Assembly (NCBI GenBank): GCA_964627095.1
Contig: CAZVKH010000001.1
Coordinates: 8,451 to 72,450 of the forward strand
Reading direction: 5' to 3'
From: an uncultured Candidatus Saccharibacteria bacterium
Lineage (GTDB): Bacteria; Patescibacteriota; Saccharimonadia; Saccharimonadales; JAUPVS01
DNA length: 64,000 bases
Of this stretch, positions 46,897 through 55,167 are shown in pieces (positions within the stretch are counted from its first letter, which is position 1; the number at the start of each line of letters is the position of its first letter). A program made the translations under genes and the position numbers. The notes under the pieces are model-generated. The model did no database searches. It was not told where the DNA came from and was given only the letters and a program-made list of their open reading frames with translations.

Positions 46897-48018
46897 GTGA
46901 CTAAGAAACCGCGACCAAGTAAAAAACAAGGATTTGCCAGCCTCGGGCTGGTGGTTTTACTTTTGGTAGCCGGTGCAATTTTTTATCAGTTAGCCGTATC
47001 AGCTCCACGCACCCCTAAACTTCCCGAACCATCATTAAAGGCTTTGGCCAAGGAAAAGAACATTGAGCTTGGTAACTTTGCGATCGCCAACCATCTTGAT
47101 GTTAAGCCCTACACCGACATCCTAACGTCGCAGTTCGACTTTGCATTGGCCGATAACACCCCCAACTGGTACTTCACCGATGGCGGGTTACGACCAACCG
47201 AAAGTACCTATAACTTCGTCCAGATGGATCAAGTAGTTAACTTTGCGAAAAGCAATAACATGCCGGTTCAAGCCCACCACTACGTTTGGGGTGAAGAAAA
47301 GTGGCTGCCAGCTTGGCTAAAAGACGGTAACTACACTAAAGAGCAGCTGATGAAGCTCTTGCAGGATCACATTACAACTGTTGGTCAGCGTTACAGTGGT
47401 CAGGTTCGCGAATGGACGGTGGTCAACGAACCTTTCACCCGGCAACAACACCTGTTTGACCTTAACGACTGGTGGGCCGATAACATCGGTGATCAAAGCT
47501 ACATTGATCAATCGTTCATTTGGGCTCGCCAAGCTGACCCCAAATCTAAACTAATCATTAACGACTTCAATAACGAAAGCATTAACGATACTTCTAACTT
47601 GATGTACGACTACGTTAAAGGGGCGTTAGCCCGCGGCGTCCCAATTGATGGCGTTGGCATGCAGATGCACATTGATGGTGGCCATCCACCAACCAAGGAT
47701 GAGGTTATTTCCAATATGAAGCGTTTCGGTGCCCTTGGTGTGCGCGTCTATGTTACCGAATTCGACGTCAATATGAATGATGTCAAAACCAATGCCGCCG
47801 GCAAAGATGAAATTCAGGGCAATATTTATTACGAAATGATGCGGGCTTGTATTGAATCAAAAGTTTGCGACAGCTTTGCCTACTTAGGAATTACCGATAG
47901 CGAAACTTGGTACAACTACATCGGACTAGCCGACCCCCGACCACTGATGTTCGACAAGAATTACCGACCAAAACCAGCCTTTTGGAGCACACGAGTCGCT
48001 TTAGAACAGCAAGACTAG
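46897..48018 (+). CDS. glycoside hydrolase family 10 (endo-1,4-beta-xylanase-like) with N-terminal membrane anchor
   Basis: WTVVNEP (acid/base Glu) and VYVTEFDV (nucleophile Glu) in a (beta/alpha)8 pattern. The table start is GTG. Confidence 0.75.
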   Translation: MTKKPRPSKKQGFASLGLVVLLLVAGAIFYQLAVSAPRTPKLPEPSLKALAKEKNIELGNFAIANHLDVKPYTDILTSQFDFALADNTPNWYFTDGGLRPTESTYNFVQMDQVVNFAKSNNMPVQAHHYVWGEEKWLPAWLKDGNYTKEQLMKLLQDHITTVGQRYSGQVREWTVVNEPFTRQQHLFDLNDWWADNIGDQSYIDQSFIWARQADPKSKLIINDFNNESINDTSNLMYDYVKGALARGVPIDGVGMQMHIDGGHPPTKDEVISNMKRFGALGVRVYVTEFDVNMNDVKTNAAGKDEIQGNIYYEMMRACIESKVCDSFAYLGITDSETWYNYIGLADPRPLMFDKNYRPKPAFWSTRVALEQQD

Positions 48019-48551
48019 AATAGCTCAGTGTTCTTGGTGCTATAACGTGACTCTAAAGTATAGGTGCCGTCTTCTTCTAAGTTTGTCTGTAGAGTGTATT
48101 CGTCACACTCGATACAGCCTTCCGGTCCAACTGTGTATTCGTAGGCAGCCCCTTTGGGATCGGTCTTAGGATAAACACCGCGCAGCTCACTCAGTTCATT
48201 TGGATAAAAGCCGTACTGGCGGTGGTAATTTTCTAGGCGAACTTGCAGGGTCTGCACATCGCGGCGACGCTCGTCGTTACGGGCCTCACGCATTAAGTAA
48301 GGCCAGAAAGCTATGATCATACCAACAATGACAATTACGATGATGCAAATAACTAGGTTCATTATCCAGCCAATCCTAGAGATTACTGGTGAATTACCAG
48401 CTTTTTTGGCCTGGCTAGCACCAACTAATCCGACAATAAAACCGGGCAAAGACAACCCAAATAATGCTAAACCAAGACTAACTAAACCAAGTACATCAAC
48501 CGGTTCATTTTTGGGTGCATGGGCAACTGGAGTGGTACTGTCTTTTGTCAT
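48015..48551 (-). CDS. two-TM membrane protein with pilin/pseudopilin-like C-terminal domain
   Basis: DVQTLQVRLENYHRQYGFYPNELSEL...YEYT resembles the GspG/type IV pilin globular region. There is no prepilin leader. Confidence 0.4.
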   Translation of the reverse strand: MTKDSTTPVAHAPKNEPVDVLGLVSLGLALFGLSLPGFIVGLVGASQAKKAGNSPVISRIGWIMNLVICIIVIVIVGMIIAFWPYLMREARNDERRRDVQTLQVRLENYHRQYGFYPNELSELRGVYPKTDPKGAAYEYTVGPEGCIECDEYTLQTNLEEDGTYTLESRYSTKNTELF

Positions 48552-48585
48552 AGTAGTTTCCTTATTTATGACAACAGTATATCAG

Positions 48586-49128
48586 CTACTTAAGCTTATT
48601 AAGATGGCGCAAGCCTAATAGCACCAACAGCCCCATAACACCGGCTCCAATAAAGGCGGCCACAGCGGCGTAGTAGGCGATCATACCAAAGGTCCAGTAA
48701 GCGTAGCCGTCACCCAACAAAATTCCACGCAGGGTTTCACCTTGGAACAAGCTCTGCTTTTGAGCTTGCAACTTAGCGTTAGTAGGGTCCTTCATAGCTT
48801 CGGCACTAACTTCGGCGTAGGTTTTACCACCAGCAATATCATCAAGATGCTTACCAATGTAGTCATTGGCGTATGCCTTAGCCTTAGGTCCGTCATCCAC
48901 CTGTTGTCCAGCGTACTTTTGCAAAGTTGGGTACTTGGCCGGATCCAGTGCTGGGCTACCCTTGGCCGGGAAGTAAATTTTTTGAGCCGAAAGTTCGTTG
49001 CGCACGTTGGTAGTAGCGAAGTTGTAGGCGTAGAAAGATAGACTACCGACGGCCAGTAGTACGGCTGTCATAGCAGCGCCCAGTAGTATAAATACTTTAT
49101 CAATTGTTTTACGATCTGATTTTGCCAT
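48586..49128 (-). CDS. hypothetical membrane protein (N- and C-terminal TM helices)
   Basis: ORF with hydrophobic termini. No homology recognised. Confidence 0.45.
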   Translation of the reverse strand: MAKSDRKTIDKVFILLGAAMTAVLLAVGSLSFYAYNFATTNVRNELSAQKIYFPAKGSPALDPAKYPTLQKYAGQQVDDGPKAKAYANDYIGKHLDDIAGGKTYAEVSAEAMKDPTNAKLQAQKQSLFQGETLRGILLGDGYAYWTFGMIAYYAAVAAFIGAGVMGLLVLLGLRHLNKLK

Positions 49129-49188
49129 GTTTATTCCTTTTTACTGCCCTACCTTAGCATTCTTAGCGCTTACGTTTTGTGATTTGAA

Positions 49189-49398
49189 TCACAGTTCGGG
49201 CTCGGGCGTATCCTTCCTATGCAGTATCAAGTAGAGTATTGGCAATAAGCCGGCGGTATTTAGAACTAGCATACACATGAACCAGCCAGTTTGATAACGC
49301 CGGGCTGACCGCCACAGACCGATTCCTTTCCATACGACATCCCAAAGTGCCACTGCAACTATTACCATTGCCCAGCCTAGCGATAATGAATTGTCCAT
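49189..49398 (-). CDS. PLDc_N-family small membrane protein
   Basis: W-rich first helix and an LLPILYLILHRK C-terminal motif typical of PLD-nuclease N-terminal-domain proteins. Confidence 0.6.
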   Translation of the reverse strand: MDNSLSLGWAMVIVAVALWDVVWKGIGLWRSARRYQTGWFMCMLVLNTAGLLPILYLILHRKDTPEPEL

Positions 49399-49422
49399 TT
49401 TTACCTCCTTGTTGGTAGTTTT

Positions 49423-49815
49423 TTATACAATCCGGGCTAACTTGCGCAGCTCTTTGCGGTGTGAAAAACGAGGATTGTCGGTAATAACTTCGCGGGTCGG
49501 GATTATCCGCCCGCGCAACTTGTGGTCGTTCGGCAAACCACTCAGTAACAAATAGCCCTGCCAGTAACGGCCGCCAACTTCTAGTTCCAGGTGGGTCAAA
49601 TCAGAGGCATAGGCTTCATCTTCGACTTCGTACAATCGATAGCGCCCCAAGCCAAGCACACAGTCTGACTTATGAGCGTTATGTGAAGTTACTAAAATTT
49701 CACCGATTCCCTTAGCGTCAACCCAGGCAAATACCTTTTTGTCTAAATATAAAACTTTGGTGTGATGCTGGGTTTCGATAAGCTTATAGATGCCGTTAGC
49801 GCGTAACCGTATCAT
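49423..49815 (-). CDS. hypothetical protein, PH-like; paralogous to the next gene
   Basis: Shares the YLDKK segment (KVLYLDKKVFAWV versus RIIYLDKKPLFV) with the 49796..50320 product. Confidence 0.4.
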   Translation of the reverse strand: MIRLRANGIYKLIETQHHTKVLYLDKKVFAWVDAKGIGEILVTSHNAHKSDCVLGLGRYRLYEVEDEAYASDLTHLELEVGGRYWQGYLLLSGLPNDHKLRGRIIPTREVITDNPRFSHRKELRKLARIV

Positions 49816-50320
49816 GATGTCCCTCGTGGTTTAACTGCTCGAGGCAACGTAGTTCGATGTATTCCGAGAAGTTGTTGGCACAACGCTCATTAAAAGTTCG
49901 GATCTTAAAGTCTTTAACACGGGTATGTAAGACAACCGTACTACCCCAACCAGCATGCGAGTAATTAATACCGCTCACAACGTCATAGGTAACCTCATCT
50001 TCGTTGACGAACAGTGGTTTTTTATCAAGGTAGATGATTCGCCTATCGGTCGCTACCAGGATCACAAAACCATCTAAGTTCTGGCCATAAACAAGGCCGC
50101 CAATATGCTCGTCGGCATGAACAATACTGGGCAAGTAACGGCTGGCGCCGTGTAGCAAACCAACCCGCGTCATACCTAGATCTTTAAGCTCTTGTATAAT
50201 CCGCCGACGGTGGTTCGGCATTTCTTTATTGCTGACATGTAGGTTGCGGTTATCCTTGGTGGCTAAAGCTGTGTACATAATGGCCGTCCTCCTGCTTACA
50301 GTAAAGCAGTTGCCAAGCAC
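49796..50320 (-). CDS. hypothetical protein with bacterial PH-like domain
   Basis: A beta-rich segment GFVILVATDRRIIYLDKKPLFVNEDEV. It overlaps the downstream gene by 20 nt. Confidence 0.4.
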   Translation of the reverse strand: MLGNCFTVSRRTAIMYTALATKDNRNLHVSNKEMPNHRRRIIQELKDLGMTRVGLLHGASRYLPSIVHADEHIGGLVYGQNLDGFVILVATDRRIIYLDKKPLFVNEDEVTYDVVSGINYSHAGWGSTVVLHTRVKDFKIRTFNERCANNFSEYIELRCLEQLNHEGHHDTVTR

Positions 50321-50360
50321 CGTTACAGTGACACTAGTCAGTTGTTGCGTGTGATACCAA

Positions 50361-51005
50361 TCACAGCTTGAGTTTTTGCTCGATGGCCGGCAAATCTGTC
50401 ACGATAATTGCCTGGCTATTCACCTCTACCAAGTTAAGGTCTTTGGCTTTGTGCAATTCTCGGCTGACGGTTTCGCGTGATAAACCAGTGCGCGCCGCCA
50501 GGTCACCTTCTTTAAGTGGTAATTGGTAGGTGCTAGTTTTGACTTTTAGGCCAAGCCGATGGCACTCAATAACCAGCTCGTACAGCAAGCGCGTTTGGGC
50601 GCTGCCCGACATCAACTGAACTAGACGCCCCAGTAGACCATCGGTGCCTTGATATAAACGCGCCAGTAGGTCGTACATAACATCCGGGTTGTCCTTTACA
50701 AACTTAACTGCAGCCGTGGCCGGGACAATATGTAGTTCGGTGTCTATTTCGGTTTTAAAGAAATACTTGTTGGGTGTTTTGTTTATAGCCCAAGACATTG
50801 GGAAAAAAGCTGGAGGTTTAAAAACATTAACAATTACTTCTTCGCCGCGGTAAGAAACATCGTACTGGCGAACCCGGCCTTTGGTGACATAAAAAATATG
50901 CTCCGGCTCTTCACCGGCAAACACCAAAATCTGGCCTTTTGGGTAGGTGCGTTGCGGGTAGGTTCTAAAAAACTGGTCAATTTTACTGGAAACTGCGGAA
51001 GTCAT
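50361..51005 (-). CDS. Crp/Fnr-family transcriptional regulator
   Basis: N-terminal cNMP-binding beta-roll and a C-terminal HTH (RETVSRELHKAKDLNLV). Confidence 0.8.
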   Translation of the reverse strand: MTSAVSSKIDQFFRTYPQRTYPKGQILVFAGEEPEHIFYVTKGRVRQYDVSYRGEEVIVNVFKPPAFFPMSWAINKTPNKYFFKTEIDTELHIVPATAAVKFVKDNPDVMYDLLARLYQGTDGLLGRLVQLMSGSAQTRLLYELVIECHRLGLKVKTSTYQLPLKEGDLAARTGLSRETVSRELHKAKDLNLVEVNSQAIIVTDLPAIEQKLKL

Positions 51006-51038
51006 ACTGTCTTCCTCCTACTCTGACTATAGAACTGT

Positions 51039-51854
51039 TTAGGCTGTCTGGCAATCAGGAGTGGCTGTTGCCAACCAGGCAGCTAATGACGTATTAAACG
51101 CTTCTTGCTTGATAGCCTTAGTATCTTCGCTGTAATTATCGAAGTCTGTTGGCTGTACTATGGCAAAAGCACGATTAATATACGCCGACCGGTCTGCAAG
51201 ATAACGCTTAACCGGAACATACTCGTCAGACCTCTCCATGAGAGCCACCACGTGGCCGCCGACTACGTCAGCAACAAGCCAGCGAAGCCCCAGCTCACAG
51301 TCGGTTGCCGTGTCGTTAACAACATGCTCGGAAGCCCGTATCGCTGTTCTTAGGTAGCCGACCCGCTCAACTGTGTTGAAGATTCTCCCCAATTTAGTGT
51401 GGTCATCAAAGACCACTTCTTCGGCGGCCTCAAAGATTAAGTCGGCCAAATGAGGCTGTTGTTGGGCGACATCTTCTATAATCTTGCGCAAATGGCCACG
51501 CTCTTGCGCCTCGTCTTGGATTGTTTTGTTGCTGTAAGTAATATCCCCAACAATCACTTCGGCCCAGTCATGGATAATGGCAGCAGCTTCTAGTACCTGC
51601 TCTTCGTGTGGCGTCATTAGCCCAGGCTGATCGCGACGCAAATTACGGTTCATAGCCCGGGCAATTCCTCGCGTCAGCGGCATGTGCAAAAGGTTGTTAA
51701 CGTCTGCGCCAAGTAGCTCTTGCCAACGTTCGTTAGTTACCCCTTCGGGCATGTAACGTTCGTAACGAACACGGGTCGCCAGCTCCTGTCCAAGATCAGT
51801 GGCGGCAAAGGCGTTGTGGATGTCCATGATGTTGGGTTGAATTTCGGTGCTCAT
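51039..51854 (-). CDS. HD-domain metal-dependent phosphohydrolase; start at MSTEIQ (51854)
   Basis: HD motif region AIIHDWAEVIVGDI. The table N-terminal extension covers its own promoter. Confidence 0.65.
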   Translation of the reverse strand: MSTEIQPNIMDIHNAFAATDLGQELATRVRYERYMPEGVTNERWQELLGADVNNLLHMPLTRGIARAMNRNLRRDQPGLMTPHEEQVLEAAAIIHDWAEVIVGDITYSNKTIQDEAQERGHLRKIIEDVAQQQPHLADLIFEAAEEVVFDDHTKLGRIFNTVERVGYLRTAIRASEHVVNDTATDCELGLRWLVADVVGGHVVALMERSDEYVPVKRYLADRSAYINRAFAIVQPTDFDNYSEDTKAIKQEAFNTSLAAWLATATPDCQTA

Positions 51855-51863
51855 ACTACTTTC

Positions 51864-51899
51864 ATAGTCCTGCTTGGCTATTAATATTGCAAGCATGAG
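51864..51899 (-). promoter_or_regulatory. promoter: CTCATGCTTGCAA -17 nt- GACTAT -9 nt- ATG (HD-domain/crp operon)
   Basis: Direct reading. Third copy of the 12-mer. Confidence 0.5.
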
Positions 51900-52407
51900 C
51901 ATAATAGTTTTAGGCTATACTTATAGGGTGAATAAAAAACTTTTGTTGGCCATTGCCGTAATAATCGTCGTCATAGGTGCTGGTGTTATTTACTTGCTAA
52001 CCAGTAGTGAGCCAGAAAAAGCCATGGAAACAGTTACTGATCAGTCGACAACCACGTCTACTAGCCCGACCACGCCCCCTCCAGTTACTGACAATTCAAA
52101 ACCCGGCGCCTACATTGACTACACCAGCTCGGCAATTTCTCAGACTTCGGGCACAAAACTACTGTTCTTTCATGCGCCGTGGTGCCCCCAATGTCGCGAT
52201 CTCGAAGACAGCATTAAGCAGGATGGCGTGCCAGACAGTGTGACAATTATTAAGGTCGACTACGACAGCAACCAGGCCCTCCGCCAAAAGTATGGCGTAA
52301 CCCTACAGACGACCGTGGTTAAAATTGATGATAACGGTAACTTGATAGATAAGTTTGTCGCCTATCAAGAGCCTAGCCTGGCGGCTGTAAAGCAACGACT
52401 GTTGTAA
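51895..52407 (+). CDS. membrane-anchored thioredoxin-fold protein (WCPQC), ResA/TlpA-like; start uncertain (first ATG 51895; the table ORF begins at TTG 51874)
   Basis: N-terminal TM helix, and FFHAPWCPQC CxxC active site in a thioredoxin fold. Confidence 0.7.
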   Translation: MSIIVLGYTYRVNKKLLLAIAVIIVVIGAGVIYLLTSSEPEKAMETVTDQSTTTSTSPTTPPPVTDNSKPGAYIDYTSSAISQTSGTKLLFFHAPWCPQCRDLEDSIKQDGVPDSVTIIKVDYDSNQALRQKYGVTLQTTVVKIDDNGNLIDKFVAYQEPSLAAVKQRLL

Positions 52408-53147
52408 TGGCGCTATTGATTCTTTCATTTATCGCCGGTGTACTCACCATTGCGGCACCCTGCGTACTACCGTTGTTGCCGGTTATTGTCGGCGGTTCAT
52501 TGGTAGAGAATGACGAAGAAAAATCTACCCGTCAATGGTTGCGACCGTTAGTTATCGCTCTAAGTTTAGCCCTGTCGGTGGTTAGCTTTACGCTGCTTAT
52601 TAAAGCCACGACCGTTTTACTGGGAGTGCCACAAATTGTCTGGCAAGTTGTTTCGGGACTGATTGTGATTGCCCTAGGTATTAATTACGTCTGGCCTAAA
52701 GCTTGGGAAGTTCTGTCGGCCCGGTCTGGGTTATTTACCACTTCTAACGCCGCTTTGGGTAAGGCCTATAAACACAAAGGCCTGTGGGGAACCGTCTTAA
52801 TTGGCGTGGCGCTGGGTCCAGTCTTTAGTAGTTGTAGCCCAACTTACGCTCTGATTGTGGCGACGATTCTACCGGTTTCATTTGCGCAGGGTCTGATTTA
52901 CCTAATTGCTTATGCCTTGGGTATGAGCATCACCCTTTTACTAATTGCCTACCTGGGTCAGGTTTTCTTGAGCAAATTGCGTTGGTTGAGCAACCCCAAC
53001 GGCTGGTTTAAGAAATTTATTGGGATTCTTTTTATTACAGTTGGCATCTGTGTACTGTTTGGCGTCGACAAAAAAATCCAGGCCTACGTGCTTGAAAAAG
53101 GCTGGTACGACCCAATTAGCAATATCGAGAGGCGCCTCAGTAACTAG
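52407..53147 (+). CDS. ccdA: cytochrome c-type biogenesis/thiol-disulfide electron transporter CcdA (DsbD beta-domain family)
   Basis: Six TM helices with the conserved Cys in TIAAPCVLPLLP and a second Cys in SSCSP. Confidence 0.8.
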   Translation: MALLILSFIAGVLTIAAPCVLPLLPVIVGGSLVENDEEKSTRQWLRPLVIALSLALSVVSFTLLIKATTVLLGVPQIVWQVVSGLIVIALGINYVWPKAWEVLSARSGLFTTSNAALGKAYKHKGLWGTVLIGVALGPVFSSCSPTYALIVATILPVSFAQGLIYLIAYALGMSITLLLIAYLGQVFLSKLRWLSNPNGWFKKFIGILFITVGICVLFGVDKKIQAYVLEKGWYDPISNIERRLSN

Positions 53148-53181
53148 ACGCTCTAAATTATAAGTATATAATAGGCTTATT

Positions 53182-53715
53182 ATGTCAACTTTTGAACAAG
53201 AACGTCGTTCCCAGATGATCGATATTGCTACCTACCGGCAGATTAAGGAAATCGGCAAAGGCTTGGTGACTTTGTCGGGCGTGGCGTTTTCGGAAAAGCC
53301 CGACTATGACCTTGACCTTACTATAAGCCGCATCACCGACGAAACTTTTGGCGTATTCCCACAAATGGGTTACAAAGTTCGCGTGGCAAGCAAACAAACA
53401 CCGGAGGCAAACCACGAAAACCTATTAATTACCGTCAAAGGTTTTGGAGTAGTCGATAGCGAAGGTGAGCTACTCTACAGACGCAAAGTCGGGATAACAG
53501 TTATCGACCAAGAAGTTAAATATTCGTGGGTAGACCTTTTACTACCGCGTGATGGCAAAACACCAGAGAGAGCTCAGCCACAGAGTCAACTAGAGGCTGG
53601 CATCCGCGAACACTTTGAAGCATGGGAGCATGAAATCAGTGGACGACAATTTTACCTCGACCCGGAAAGCGCCCAAATGCTGATGGCCGAAATTCAGGAA
53701 ATCGCCGAGCTCTAA
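53182..53715 (+). CDS. hypothetical cytoplasmic protein
   Basis: ORF only. No motif recognised. Confidence 0.4.
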   Translation: MSTFEQERRSQMIDIATYRQIKEIGKGLVTLSGVAFSEKPDYDLDLTISRITDETFGVFPQMGYKVRVASKQTPEANHENLLITVKGFGVVDSEGELLYRRKVGITVIDQEVKYSWVDLLLPRDGKTPERAQPQSQLEAGIREHFEAWEHEISGRQFYLDPESAQMLMAEIQEIAEL

Positions 53716-53729
53716 GGCTTTTGGCGGGG

Positions 53730-53868
53730 CAGGGCAACGCACATCTGCAGCCATGCTCGGAATATATTCCTGCGCGTGGCTTTGATGACCGAACCTGGGC
53801 TACGCCCGACGGTTCAAGTCTTCTCTGTGACCAAGAAAAAAGACCCTTCTTGTGAAGAGTCTCTTTTC
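53730..53868 (-). ncRNA. candidate structured ncRNA, copy 2, immediately 3' of the initiator-like tRNA on the same strand
   Basis: 5' hairpin CCAAGAAAA/UUUUCUUGG enclosing AGACUCUUC/GAAGGGUCU, then a long hairpin about 85% identical to copy 1. There is a compensatory G-C to A-U change in the GGCC/GGCC helix. Confidence 0.55.
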
Positions 53869-53944
53869 TTGGTAGCGGGGGCAGGACTCGAACCTGCGAC
53901 CTCGTGGTTATGAGCCACGCGAGCTGCCACTGCTCCACCCCGCG
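53869..53944 (-). tRNA. tRNA-Met (CAT), initiator-like (C1 x U72 unpaired)
   Basis: CGCGGGGUGGAGCAGUGGCAGCUCG...CUCAUAA...GGUUCGAGUCC..CCCCGCUACCA closely resembles bacterial tRNA-fMet. The 1-72 mismatch is retained. Confidence 0.8.
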
Positions 53945-54024
53945 TCGAGTTGAGCAAGCTATAGCATACCAGATGAAAGCTACTTATACAACATCGGTGG
54001 GAAATGTGGTAGAGTATCTTCACT

Positions 54025-54726
54025 ATGACCGATATGCTCGCTCCTTCAGCCGAAGCCGAAAAATTGCCAACAGATGACCCGACAACCATACTAGCACTTG
54101 AAGCACGCGACTTATTACTCGCCGCCAGCCAAGCCGAACCGGGCAGCCCGGATGAGGTAGCCGCCCTAGAGGAAGCCAATAGTCGCTTTAGCGAGCTGGT
54201 TAGCGAAACCCAGGAATTCCTTACCAAATTTGCTCTGAGCCGCCCCCACCCCAGGCATTTTGATGTGCAAGAAGTAGTCCAGGAAACCTACGCCCGAGCC
54301 TATAAGGGTTTACATAATTTTAGGGGTGACGCCAAGTTTTCTACGTGGCTATTTTACGTTTTGCGCAGCTGTACTGATAACTACTGGAGACGCGAGGCAC
54401 GTCACAACAATCAGCCCCTACCCGAAGAAGACGGTTCAGATCCATCCTTGGTTGGTAGTATTGCCGTGGTGTCATCATTAGATACTGGCGAGGTCGACAG
54501 CTTTTTGGACTACAGTAGCCTTTCGCCGGAACTAGAAGCAATGCTGGCCACTTTAAGTCCCAAGCAACAACAAGCTATTCGTATGCATGACGTAATGGGA
54601 CAAACCACTAAAGAATGTGCCGCGCAACTAGGTGTTAGTGAAATTAGTTTTAAGATGAACGTACACCGGGCTCGCCATAACCTACGCCGCGAATTCCCCG
54701 ATGCCAGAAACTGGTTAGAAGAATAA
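54025..54726 (+). CDS. ECF-type RNA polymerase sigma-70-family factor
   Basis: Region 2 (YARAYKGLHNFRGDAKFSTWLFYVLRS) and region 4 HTH (LSPKQQQAIRMHDVMGQTTKECAAQLGVSEISFK). Confidence 0.75.
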   Translation: MTDMLAPSAEAEKLPTDDPTTILALEARDLLLAASQAEPGSPDEVAALEEANSRFSELVSETQEFLTKFALSRPHPRHFDVQEVVQETYARAYKGLHNFRGDAKFSTWLFYVLRSCTDNYWRREARHNNQPLPEEDGSDPSLVGSIAVVSSLDTGEVDSFLDYSSLSPELEAMLATLSPKQQQAIRMHDVMGQTTKECAAQLGVSEISFKMNVHRARHNLRREFPDARNWLEE

Positions 54727-54728
54727 TC

Positions 54729-54756
54729 TTGACAAATTAGCAACTTCATGTATAAT
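54729..54756 (+). promoter_or_regulatory. near-consensus sigma-70 promoter TTGACA-16-TATAAT
   Basis: Read directly. This is the best promoter match in the window. It drives a short transcript that ends at the terminator at 54925. Confidence 0.7.
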
Positions 54757-54814
54757 ACTTAGTGTTGTCATGACAAAACAAACAACAAAATAAAACAACA
54801 GGAAACTACACACA

Positions 54815-54898
54815 ATGAAATCACAACTCGCCTACGAGTTCGCCCAAACCCAAGATCAGGCAGTTTCACAATTTGACGATCTAATCTCATCTTTGTAA
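54815..54898 (+). CDS. candidate 27-aa small protein (MKSQLAYEFAQTQDQAVSQFDDLISSL) or sRNA body
   Basis: AGGAAA lies about 10 nt upstream of the ATG. The unit sits between a consensus promoter and an intrinsic terminator, and it is below the ORF-track cutoff. Confidence 0.35.
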   Translation: MKSQLAYEFAQTQDQAVSQFDDLISSL

Positions 54899-54924
54899 AC
54901 CTACTCGATCAAACTCCCATAAAA

Positions 54925-54956
54925 GAGCCCTTTAAGCGCAAAGGGTTCTTTTTATT
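54925..54956 (+). terminator. intrinsic terminator (GAGCCCUUU-uaagcgca-AAGGGUUC followed by UUUUUAUU)
   Basis: Read directly. Confidence 0.75.
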
Positions 54957-55034
54957 GCCGTTCGCCTTTCAGCTAGCTGGTCAACAGAGGCAAAACATGG
55001 TATATTCACTGCTGTCCATGTAACAAGTTTATAG

Positions 55035-55111
55035 GGCGGCGTAGCTCAGTTGGTTAGAGCACAGGACTCATAAGCCTGGGGTCACAAGTTCAAATCTTGT
55101 CGCCGCTACCA
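55035..55111 (+). tRNA. tRNA-Met (CAT), elongator type
   Basis: GGCGGCGUAGCUCAGUUGGUUAGAGCACAGGACUCAUAAGCCUGGGGUCACAAGUUCAAAUCUUGUCGCCGCUACCA. The 1-72 pair is G-U, and the D and T arms match elongator tRNA-Met. Confidence 0.8.
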
Positions 55112-55167
55112 AACTTATTTGATATCGCTTGTGTTTAACCCCGTTTGGGGTAATAATAAACGGTATT

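Noticed and set aside
53636-54227. Minus-strand ORFs 53636..53938 and 53814..54227
   Set aside because: Both read through the initiator-like tRNA and the RNA element, so they are spurious.
55113-55150. Hairpin AACCCC-GTTT-GGGGT after tRNA-Met as a terminator
   Set aside because: It has only a 4-5-bp stem and is followed by TAATAATAAA, not a T-run, so it is too weak to call.
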